Shown piece after piece: positions 10,106 through 18,330 of a DNA stretch of 64,000 nucleotides. This DNA comes from an uncultured delta proteobacterium. GTDB lineage: Bacteria > Desulfobacterota > WTBG01 > JAGOGO01. The notes beneath the pieces are model-generated. The model was not told where the DNA came from. It worked only from the letters and a program-made list of their open reading frames with translations, and ran no database searches. The stretch's first letter is position 1. The number at the start of each line of letters is the position of its first letter. The stretch lies in contig CAVSIB010000016.1 of the NCBI GenBank assembly GCA_963727835.1, forward strand, positions 20,511 to 84,510, read 5' to 3'. Both the position numbers and the translations under genes were made by a program.

Positions 10106-11434
10106 GTGAAATTGAAAAAACTTAGATCGCCGTGGCTTCTGATTTTTGGTTTTTTTATTATCGGCTATATGGTCGGTGAACACGGAGAGCGCATTGTCTC
10201 CGCGGTTACGGACAAAAATTACGAAAACCTGAAACTCTTTAGCGATGTGCTCTATATCGTTCAGAAGGACTACGTGGAGGAACCTAAGGTTGACCAGCTG
10301 GTTGAAGGGGCGATAAACGGCATGTTAAACACTTTAGATCCCCATTCCTCCTATATGCCCCCTGATGTTTATAAAGAGATGCAGGTTGAAACTCAAGGCA
10401 AATTTGGTGGATTAGGAATAGAAATTACCATCAAAGATGAAATGCTTACCGTTGTCTCTCCGATTGAAGACACCCCTGCTTATCAAGCAGGAATAAAGGC
10501 TGGAGACCAGATTGTAAAGATAGAAGAGGAGTTTACCAAAAATATGACCATGTTCGACGCAGTAAAAAAGCTCAGAGGTAAAGAAGGAACGAAAGTGACC
10601 CTTACGATTATGCGAGAAGGTTTTACGCAACCAAAAGATTTCACGCTTACCCGAGCGACTATTCAAATAAAGAGTGTCAAGTCTAAAATAGTAGACGAAA
10701 GGATTGGCTATATCCGGATAACTCAGTTCCAGGAGCAGACAACGAGAGACTTCCGGAAAGCTTTGGCTGAACTTGAGTCTAAAGTGACTTCGCTTCAAGG
10801 CCTTATCCTGGATTTGCGCAATAATCCGGGAGGGTTGCTCGACTCAGCGGTGGAGGTAAGTGACGAGTTTATTGATTCGGGCCTCATTGTTTATACTGAA
10901 GGCCGCTCTGAGGGACAAAAGATGGAGTTTAAAGCAAAAAATAATGGGCCCAAACATCACCACCCAATGATCGTCCTCGTCAATGCAGGAAGCGCGAGTG
11001 GATCAGAAATTGTGGCCGGTGCTTTACAAGACTATGGGCTGGCTGTTTTGCTCGGGACCAGGACCTTTGGTAAAGGCTCGGTCCAGACCGTGATCCCGCT
11101 GGACAATGGAGCAGGCCTGCGGCTCACCACCGCCAAGTATTTCACACCCAAGGGCCGCTCAATTCACGCTAAAGGCATTGAACCTGATGTGATAGTAGAA
11201 GACAAAACTGAGGCTGAAGAGGCTTCATCGCCAAAAGTCAAAATCATGCGGGAAAAAGATTTGGAAAATTTCTACCGGAACGCTAAACCAAAAGAGAAAT
11301 CCGATGATGTCTCTAAAGAAGTCCCGGAAAAAAATCAAGGGAAAAATGCAGATGATCCCCAGCTTAACCGGGCGATCGGGATTCTAAAAAGCTGGGAGAT
11401 TTTTAAGGGAAAAGATAATAATAAACCTGCCTAA
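10106..11434 (+). CDS. ctpA: Carboxyl-terminal processing protease (S41, PDZ-containing)
   Basis: PDZ region (GGLGIEI...SPIEDTPAYQAGIKAGDQIVKI) and S41 catalytic region (LILDLRNNPGGLL...GSASGSEI...GKGSVQTV). Confidence 0.9.
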   Translation: MKLKKLRSPWLLIFGFFIIGYMVGEHGERIVSAVTDKNYENLKLFSDVLYIVQKDYVEEPKVDQLVEGAINGMLNTLDPHSSYMPPDVYKEMQVETQGKFGGLGIEITIKDEMLTVVSPIEDTPAYQAGIKAGDQIVKIEEEFTKNMTMFDAVKKLRGKEGTKVTLTIMREGFTQPKDFTLTRATIQIKSVKSKIVDERIGYIRITQFQEQTTRDFRKALAELESKVTSLQGLILDLRNNPGGLLDSAVEVSDEFIDSGLIVYTEGRSEGQKMEFKAKNNGPKHHHPMIVLVNAGSASGSEIVAGALQDYGLAVLLGTRTFGKGSVQTVIPLDNGAGLRLTTAKYFTPKGRSIHAKGIEPDVIVEDKTEAEEASSPKVKIMREKDLENFYRNAKPKEKSDDVSKEVPEKNQGKNADDPQLNRAIGILKSWEIFKGKDNNKPA

Positions 11435-11461
11435 ATCATATTAAACGCACGAGGTTGCCTT

Positions 11462-11851
11462 ATGATAGAATTACATGTTTGGGAACTTGTATTGTTAGTT
11501 TTAATAGTAGTGTTCTTGGGGGGGATATTTATCTTTATTCTGGTCTCACTGCTCCCCCTCACAAAACAACTTAAAAAGACCTCTCAACAGCTCGAAATAG
11601 CTGCTTCCAGTTTGAACAAAGTCATCAATGTTGACTTCAAGGGTTTGTTAAACCGGGGCGAAAGAGTTTTGGGAAACTGGGAAGAAGAGCTTCAGCCTTT
11701 AATAGTGGAGAAGGTCAGAAATATTCCTTCCGCAACCGCACAGTTTGCCTTTTCCGAAGTGGGTAGCCGACTTTTCCGGGTTCTGATCCTTTGGGCCCTG
11801 AAAGAAGCGTGGGGAAAGATACGGGGAAAGCGAAAACAAAAGAGTTCTTGA
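11462..11851 (+). CDS. DUF948/YtxG-like small membrane protein
   Basis: N-terminal TM helix followed by a helical region; resembles Bacillus YtxG. Lies directly upstream of a YtxH-like gene, as in the ytxGH operon. Confidence 0.55.
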   Translation: MIELHVWELVLLVLIVVFLGGIFIFILVSLLPLTKQLKKTSQQLEIAASSLNKVINVDFKGLLNRGERVLGNWEEELQPLIVEKVRNIPSATAQFAFSEVGSRLFRVLILWALKEAWGKIRGKRKQKSS

Positions 11852-11917
11852 TTGAAATAATGTTGTTTGTGATAAGGGTAGGAGCAATTTATCACGTGAG
11901 AGAAAGGGGGTGATTAT

Positions 11918-12214
11918 ATGAATTCTGATCGGACGGAGTATGGTTTTGCTGCTCTCACCTTAGCCTTTGTCGCTGGAGGTCTTATCGGTGCAACTCTTGG
12001 GGTGCTTTTTGCTCCCCGTCCAGGAGTTGAGACGAGAGAAAAAATAAAAGAGCGAGCAGAGGAAGCCCGGGAAAAACTAAGGGGTGCCGTTGAGACGATC
12101 CGGGATAAAGCAGAGGGGTTAGGGGAAACAGGAAAAGAAAAATATGCGGAGGTCTGCGGAAAAGTCCGAGACTCGGTAGACAAAATTAAAGAAAAGGTTC
12201 ACCATTCAGAGTAA
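11918..12214 (+). CDS. YtxH-like protein (glycine-zipper TM + charged helical domain)
   Basis: FAALTLAFVAGGLIGATLGVLFAPRPGVETREKIKE is the characteristic YtxH N-terminus. Confidence 0.65.
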   Translation: MNSDRTEYGFAALTLAFVAGGLIGATLGVLFAPRPGVETREKIKERAEEAREKLRGAVETIRDKAEGLGETGKEKYAEVCGKVRDSVDKIKEKVHHSE

Positions 12215-12246
12215 CCGAAGAATAAATTCGTTTTCGGCAGTTTTAC

Positions 12247-12695
12247 TCACCACGCGCCCGATGGAGGTAATGGTAATACTCTCACGGGGACAAGCTTCTT
12301 TTGTTGAAAAAAAGAGGTTTGTCCCTTTCTTTTACAAGCGGGTTTGTTTTTATGTTTTCTGTTTTTTGAAGCCTTCTTAAACTTTTTAAGCAAAACGTCA
12401 AGATCTTCGCTCGTTATCTTGTTCATCTCAACCAGTATTTCCCCAAGCAAAGGCCGGCTTATTTTTTGCCTTTCGAGTAACCTTTCAACCTCTTTGTTTT
12501 TCAAAAATCCTTTTTCAACCGCAAGCTCTCCAAATAGCTTAGCAGTGCTAATCCGGGCATTGAGAACCTCAAAGACCTGGTTGATGGAAAGAATTCTTTC
12601 CTGAAGTGCGATCTAGCCGACAGCGATACTTCTTTTTTCTGAAGGTTAAGGGCTTCAAGTGCTGCTGCGACATCAACAATACCATGCTTAACCAA
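12247..12695 (-). CDS. Small MshEN/T2SSE_N-like domain protein, reading frame disrupted (frameshift or mis-assembly)
   Basis: One minus-strand frame encodes two tandem half-repeats KLFGELAVEKGFLKNKEVERLLERQ and RPLLGEILVEMNKITSEDLDVLLKKFKK. These match the (R)LGExLVexGxIT/SxExLxxxL pattern of the c-di-GMP-binding MshEN domain, plus a K-rich tail. That frame has a TAG upstream and no start. The upstream piece (VKHGIVDVAAALEALNLQKK) is in another frame behind a strong AAGGAGGAG RBS. Confidence 0.45.
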
Positions 12696-12759
12696 AAATT
12701 GACAAAATCTCTCTGCCCCGTTCTCCTCCTTCCCTTAAAAACAAACATTGATGGCAAAA

Positions 12760-13059
12760 CTAAAGAACCTTCGTAATCTCCCTTTTGGTTCTTCCTTTAA
12801 ATTGAGAGCTGAAAGAAGGCACATCTCCCATATTTTCGTCAAGGTAACAGCGCACAACTCGATGCATGGGGAAAAAAACGGTGGTGGGAAAAATGATGGT
12901 TGTCGGTTGTCTTTGGGTAAACTGCTTCGTCCAGTCGCTAAACGAGTTTACATCCACTCCCTTAATGGTAATCCCAGAAGGTGAAATGCTAAGGAGTTTT
13001 CCGACGATCTTTTCTTTCGGGTCCTGGAGATTGAGGATTATTATGCTTCCGTTTTCCAT
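12760..13059 (-). CDS. Hypothetical protein, possibly a non-canonical PilZ-like domain
   Basis: 99 aa. The motif LSISPSGITIKG resembles the PilZ D/NxSxxG motif, but the N-terminal RxxxR is absent. Co-oriented with and directly upstream of the MshEN-like ORF. Confidence 0.35.
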   Translation of the reverse strand: MENGSIIILNLQDPKEKIVGKLLSISPSGITIKGVDVNSFSDWTKQFTQRQPTTIIFPTTVFFPMHRVVRCYLDENMGDVPSFSSQFKGRTKREITKVL

Positions 13060-13242
13060 GTTTGCTTTTTTATTGCAAAAGTACCTCTTGCTGCCCTTTT
13101 AACGAAAGGAATTGAATTTTTTCTATCTTAGCAAAAAATCATTATTTGTAAAAAAATTATCTTCCTCTATTTCACATTACCATACAAAAAAAGGATAGAA
13201 ACAATCCCTGTGATTCATTAAAGATATACAACCCATATTGCT

Positions 13243-14233
13243 CTATTCAATATGGTGAAGGATCCTTTGAACCACATGATCATACGTATGGTGTTCATGA
13301 ACATAGTGATATCCTTCTCTGCTAATCCTTTCTCTTTCCTCATCTTTTTTGAGATATTCAGCAATAAGATTGAGGCACTCCTCAACACTATGATACCAAA
13401 CCAGATGCTTTTTATTGATAAAAATTTTTTCCAGACCCGGAACATAGCGGGTAAGGAGAAACCCCCCGCACCCCAACGTTATCCAGGTTCGGTTGGAGAA
13501 GTATCCTTCTACCTGATACGGACACATCAATGCCCAAAATTATTTTTGTCCCTGAACAAATCCTTGCAAATTCATCCGGATAGACATTGCGCTTATGACA
13601 TTTTAATCCGTGCCTTTTCCACCTCCCCCCCCAAACTTTGAGGTTAAAATGTTTAACAACCTCCTTTATAAGGTTAATCCTCTCACGCCCCTCAGCTCCG
13701 CCGATAAAAGCCACGTCGCTTTTCCATTTCTTACTTTTACTTTTAATAATTCGGTGCGCTTCTCGATCGCATCCCTGAGTAATGAAAATAGGGTTTTTTA
13801 TCCCCTGCTCCTTCAAAAAAGAAATCTGCCCCTGGTTAGTAATAAAAAAATAGTCGACTAATTTCCCCCGTTCAATCATCTCTTCTTTATAAGGAGTAAT
13901 AAACTCCGAAAACTCGCTACTATCAGAAAGAGCTATTAAGTCCGGAAGGTAAATGGCAACCTTGGTCTTCCTGGCGATCTGGGACAACATCTTAAATGGG
14001 ATATCAATACTATTGATAAAAACCAATTGAGGTTGGAAACGATTCAAGGTGGAAAAAAGATATTTTTCCGTAAGCCATTTTCCCCAGCGCCGCTCTATCC
14101 TTCGATAATTGATAGCGCGCACTGTGATGCCCTGGTTACGAAAGGCTTTTATGAAAAATGAGGTGGTTTGGGTGCGTTTTCGTGTCTTTCCAAAAAAAAG
14201 AAGCCGGTTAATTTTTTCGGACATGGTTAACAT
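13243..14233 (-). CDS. CgeB-like glycosyltransferase (DUF3880 + glycosyl transferases group 1), one frameshift
   Basis: N-terminal part (13412-14233) and C-terminal part (13243-13530: GGFLLTRYVPGLEKIF...EEERERISREGYHYV..HTYDHVVQRIL) overlap in different frames. A C6/G6 run at 13462-13467 lies in the overlap. The C-terminus matches the CgeB/spore-maturation GT family. Confidence 0.7.
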
Positions 14234-17043
14234 CTCTGTCCAGCAATCATTTTTTGATAAACTTTAATATTGCCTTCAACCATACCATCAGCGCTAAACT
14301 TTTCCACGACCTTCATTCTGCCTTCTTTTGCCATTTCCTTGGCTTTATCATAGTTATTTAAGGTCCAGATGATCCCATGAGCCAAAGCATCCGGATCAGC
14401 AGGCGGAACCAGAAGGCCTGTTTCTTCATGAGTAATAATTTCAGGAATCCCACCAACACGAGTGGCGACAACCGGAACATCTAAAGCAAGGGCGTCGATA
14501 ATTGTAGTACAAAAGCCTTCATCCAGACTCGAAAACACCGATACAGTAAAAATGTTCATAAACACACCCACATCATCGCGAAAACCTGTAAAAGTTATGT
14601 TTTTGGCTAAACCTAAACGTGAGGTAATTTCTTTTAATTCATTTTCAAGTTCCCCTTTGCCAATGATAAAAAGATGAGCCTGCGGAAATTTTTTTACCAC
14701 TTTCTCCATTGCCTCGATAAGCCATCTTTGCCCTTTGACTTCCAGCAGATTGGCCACATTTCCGAGAATTGGAATACCGGGTGGCAAAGAGAATTCACGG
14801 AAGACACAATCCCCCTTGAGTCCCTGATAGCAATCCATATCTGTGCCGCTATGCACTACCGATATCTTTTTCAATGGGATGCCATCTTTGGTAAGCACAT
14901 CTTTAATACTCTGCGACACCGCAATGATATGGTCGATACATTTTGTGTACTTAATAACATTCAATCCCAAAAAATTGTGTCGAAAGATACTGAAATTTAC
15001 TCGGCGGGTAACAATACGTATCGGTGGTTTTTTCAGAAAGCACGATGCCCACGCCACCAGAGCCTGCGCATGGGGAGTATGGCAATGAATTATATCATAG
15101 TTTTCTTTTTTTATTTTCAGGGCAAGCTTAAAAGCAGCGAAAAAATCTATTTCTCCTCTCATCTTAAGGGGAAAAGTGATAATGCTTTTCTGAAGAGCGC
15201 GTTGGTAGAGACTTCCATCAGGTTGGCAGATCAGGTGTGCAAAATGGCCACGATTATTGAGCCCCTCCATGAGATACATCACTTGCCGCTCTCCCCCTCC
15301 CATGGATAACTCAGAATTGATGTGGAGAATTTTAAGAAAACGGTCTCCGATAGAGGGGGGATGTTTTCTCTTAAAACTCACACCATATTGGGCTTGTTTG
15401 AAGGCGTTTGTACTGGAGCTGCAGATGGTTAAAATTCGACGGTAGATTGTTTTTCTCTGTTTGCGGGTCCATTTATTTTTTTCACTGTAATCTTTAAAAA
15501 ATTTAATTCGGTCAGAAGGAGATAGGCATTGCTCAATCGTAGCATTGAGTTGAGCGAAGTTTTTAATCCGGTGAGAAAGCGAAACCCCTTTGCCAAAATA
15601 TACCCGGTCAGTATCTACGATTAAGCATTCCCACTCTTTTTCTCCCTTTTCTTTAATCAAAAAATTGTCCGACTTTAAGTCACCATGATAAATCCTTTTC
15701 TGATGAAGGGTCCGAATAAAAATCGCCATAAAAGAAATGAAAGCCCTTTTCTTTTGAAAAACTTCGGGATTGGAGGGAGCTTTAAAAATTTGGACATAGT
15801 AGCGAAGGGGAATCGCACCTTCCGCGTATTCCATAATTAAAAAGCTTCTCATCCGAACACCCAATCTCTTCTCTTCAAGAAGAGCTAAGCCACGGGGAGT
15901 GGGAATTTTTTTGATAATTAATTTATTACTATTAGCCCAGGATCGCCGGTTTCGTAACTGCGCTATCAAAAACCGAAACGAAAACCGCAACGCGTCGTTT
16001 CTACCTTCTTTCACGAGAAAGGTCTGACCTTTTATATCAATTTTCGTGACAATAGCTTTGCGGGAAGTTTTGAGAATAGCGGGAGAAAGTTGATCACAAC
16101 GGGGATGAATAATTCCCCGGATGGGCGTGGTAATCTCCTCATGCTCCTTAAGAATATCCGGAATAAGTTTAGGGTCGAATTCCCAGCGATAAATTAAAAA
16201 CTTCCCCTTCCCTTTAATAATGTTAAAAAATTTACCTGTCCGGAAGCTTTTTCTTCCCCAGCTGAGGAATCTTTGGTCCCTTAGTTTTTTGATCTGGGAA
16301 AAAATTTTTTTAGTCATGGAATTGAGTTTTTCCTCAGAAAAATCATCTTCGGAGTAATAAAGCCGGATAAACTTTTCTTGATCATTCGGTCCAAAAAGAT
16401 TTACTTCAGAAATGTCAAAAATGAGAAGAGCAAGGTTAAGCATTTTTTCTTTTTCGCTCGGGTTTCTCTTAATTCGCGTTTTATATAAGTCAACAAGAAA
16501 AAAAGCGAGCGGGTCTACCCGCTCGCTTGGGACGATAATGTTTTCAAGGTGGATATCATGATGAAGGATACCTTTATGGTGAAGCAACCGCAGGTACGTG
16601 GCTAATAATTTTATAAAGGTTTCTTTTTCAAGGTCGTTTTTTATATTCTCCTTATAAAATCTATGTAAATCTATCATTTCTCCCAAAGACTGAGTTATGA
16701 GAAATGCTTCCTTTAAAAACCCAAACTTTCGGTTGATTCCCAAGGCCACAGGATAGGGTATAGAGATATCCAGCCCCATTAACTGATTCATGATTCGCCA
16801 TTCAGTAAAAATTTTTCTGGGAAGGAAAAAATATTTCGCGGTGGTTTCCCAACCCTTAATTTTAATATGTTTGACAAAAAAAGATCCCTTCCCCTCAAGC
16901 TCCAATTTCTTCACCGTTCTTCGAGGCTTATCCTTTTTAACCTCACCTTTTCCCCTCATAAATTCCGAGACCAAATACTCCATGTCCTGAGGGTTGAGGT
17001 AAGGGAAAAGCTGCTTATTAATCTGCCAGTTGATGTGATTCAT
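14227..17043 (-). CDS. Tri-domain fusion: two lipopolysaccharide kinase (Kdo/WaaP-family, protein-kinase-like) domains + C-terminal GT4 (GT-B) glycosyltransferase
   Basis: 938 aa. Domain 1 (~aa 40-260) has catalytic loop HHDIHLENIIV and DLY. Domain 2 (~aa 380-560) has HGDLKSDNFLI...VDTD. The C-terminal ~370 aa is a GT4 glycosyltransferase with the EX7E-type motif EGFCTTIIDALALDVPVVATRVGGIPEI. The start overlaps the stop of the CgeB-like GT (ATG..TGA). Confidence 0.8.
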   Translation of the reverse strand: MNHINWQINKQLFPYLNPQDMEYLVSEFMRGKGEVKKDKPRRTVKKLELEGKGSFFVKHIKIKGWETTAKYFFLPRKIFTEWRIMNQLMGLDISIPYPVALGINRKFGFLKEAFLITQSLGEMIDLHRFYKENIKNDLEKETFIKLLATYLRLLHHKGILHHDIHLENIIVPSERVDPLAFFLVDLYKTRIKRNPSEKEKMLNLALLIFDISEVNLFGPNDQEKFIRLYYSEDDFSEEKLNSMTKKIFSQIKKLRDQRFLSWGRKSFRTGKFFNIIKGKGKFLIYRWEFDPKLIPDILKEHEEITTPIRGIIHPRCDQLSPAILKTSRKAIVTKIDIKGQTFLVKEGRNDALRFSFRFLIAQLRNRRSWANSNKLIIKKIPTPRGLALLEEKRLGVRMRSFLIMEYAEGAIPLRYYVQIFKAPSNPEVFQKKRAFISFMAIFIRTLHQKRIYHGDLKSDNFLIKEKGEKEWECLIVDTDRVYFGKGVSLSHRIKNFAQLNATIEQCLSPSDRIKFFKDYSEKNKWTRKQRKTIYRRILTICSSSTNAFKQAQYGVSFKRKHPPSIGDRFLKILHINSELSMGGGERQVMYLMEGLNNRGHFAHLICQPDGSLYQRALQKSIITFPLKMRGEIDFFAAFKLALKIKKENYDIIHCHTPHAQALVAWASCFLKKPPIRIVTRRVNFSIFRHNFLGLNVIKYTKCIDHIIAVSQSIKDVLTKDGIPLKKISVVHSGTDMDCYQGLKGDCVFREFSLPPGIPILGNVANLLEVKGQRWLIEAMEKVVKKFPQAHLFIIGKGELENELKEITSRLGLAKNITFTGFRDDVGVFMNIFTVSVFSSLDEGFCTTIIDALALDVPVVATRVGGIPEIITHEETGLLVPPADPDALAHGIIWTLNNYDKAKEMAKEGRMKVVEKFSADGMVEGNIKVYQKMIAGQRC

Positions 17044-17061
17044 CGGGACTTTTACAAGAAA

Positions 17062-17310
17062 TCAATAGGTAACGTATGATTCCCTTTTAGAGATTATCAA
17101 ATAATAGGTTGCTTCTTTATAATACTTTATGGGATAGACTTCAAGATTTTTTGGAGAGAGGCCTTGTGAAATTTGAGTAAATTCTTTCTGCGACGTTAGG
17201 CAGGCATGGGGTTCATATTTTTTAGTCAGAAAATTTACAACGTCCGATTCGCCAGAAAACTTTGGAGCCACTGTATCCAAATAAAAATCGATTAAAATCG
17301 CTTTTCCCAA
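17062..17310 (-). CDS. Hypothetical small protein (82 aa), TTG start
   Basis: ORF 18 nt upstream of, and co-directional with, the kinase-GT fusion gene. No recognisable domain and a weak RBS. Confidence 0.3.
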   Translation of the reverse strand: MGKAILIDFYLDTVAPKFSGESDVVNFLTKKYEPHACLTSQKEFTQISQGLSPKNLEVYPIKYYKEATYYLIISKRESYVTY

Positions 17311-17552
17311 ACTTTTTCCAAGTCAAAGTTGTTGTGAGAAGAAAAAAATAACGAATGAGGGTTTAATTTTATTTGGCTCATGTCGAAAAATTAGGTTTTT
17401 AGGGTGGGGAAGTTATATGTTACCTTTTGACAGCCTGATGACTGAGACTCAGTTACAAAATATTTTTTGCGGAATAATTTCCCGTCAAATTATTTTATTG
17501 GTTTAACGTGGTCTCCTCTCCGAAAAAAATAAGCAACCCCGGTGAACTAAAA

Positions 17553-17590
17553 TGCATAACAAAAAAAAATTATTTTTTTGTTATGCATGA
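17553..17590 (-). terminator. Near-perfect AT-rich palindrome (ATGCATAACAAAAAAA..TTTTTTTGTTATGCAT), candidate bidirectional terminator after the LAB_N gene
   Basis: The two 16-nt arms are exact reverse complements with a ~5-nt spacer. It lies ~60 nt downstream of the minus-strand stop at 17651. Confidence 0.4.
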
Positions 17591-17650
17591 AGTTGCCTAT
17601 CTATAACCTCTTTCAAGGGTTTCGTGCGCTTAAACTTTAGCCCCTTTGAG

Positions 17651-17962
17651 TTAGCCTTCCTTCTTACGAAAAATGAGAACCAGATTCCGAATATAAACAA
17701 AGGCCCCCGCGCCTTGTCCAAGGATAAAGACAGCATCGCGGATATAAATCGCATACGCAAGTAAGATAAGTCCCCCGGCTAAGCTGAAATACCAGAAAGA
17801 AACAGGCACGACAGTCTCCCCTTTCCGTTCCGAGGCAATCCACTGCACCAGAAACCTCATAAAAAACAAAGCTTGTCCAACATATCCGATAACGCTCCAC
17901 CTATCCATTTTCATGCAAGACAAAGTTTGTCCAATATATCCGATAATGTTCCACCTATTCAT
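17651..17962 (-). CDS. Lipid-A-disaccharide synthase N-terminal domain (LAB_N) family small membrane protein; 5' end carries an in-frame 54-bp tandem duplication
   Basis: MDRWSVIGYVGQALFFMRFLVQWIASER...FWYFSLAGGLILLAYAIYIRDAVFILGQ matches the LAB_N family. It is preceded by a degenerate duplicate MNRWNIIGYIGQTLSCMK. The likely native start is the second Met (~17908). Confidence 0.75.
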   Translation of the reverse strand: MNRWNIIGYIGQTLSCMKMDRWSVIGYVGQALFFMRFLVQWIASERKGETVVPVSFWYFSLAGGLILLAYAIYIRDAVFILGQGAGAFVYIRNLVLIFRKKEG

Positions 17963-17963
17963 T
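17866..17963 (-). repeat. 54-bp in-frame tandem duplication (2 copies, ~89% identical) covering the start codon region of the LAB_N gene
   Basis: acaaagcttgtccaacatatccgataacgctccacctatccatt (17866-17909) versus acaaagtttgtccaatatatccgataatgttccacctattcatt (17920-17963). Period 54 nt = 18 codons. Confidence 0.8.
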
Positions 17964-18330
17964 CAACACCTCCCTAACGATCTTTTAGGTCCCTCCTCAG
18001 GGAATTAATGCGGTCAAAAAATATCCAAAGCCCAAGGGCAATAAAAAGTTAAAAATAATAAAATTAATACTCTCTTTTGTCAAACGCTCACTTGTTTTCG
18101 AAAATATAATGTAAAAAGCCACTCAACCGCACTGGAAAAAACGGCAAACCCAAGCAATTGATTACTGGGGTTAGTTTTTGTTACGCTCCTTCGCCCCTAT
18201 CTACCGTTAAAACCCAAGCAAAGCATCGGGGAAATAGCCCCTCAGAAATAACTTCTTATCAGGTATTACCTTTCAAAAAAAATATACTGCTACGCTACGC
18301 GGTTACCTTCCTTGGCTCGGTACGCCTTTA

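Noticed and set aside
12569-12757. 62-aa ORF (MPSMFVFKGRRR...) with an ATG start in the MshEN region.
   Set aside because: It is the third frame across the same DNA whose other two frames carry the recognisable MshEN-like repeats. No domain signal.
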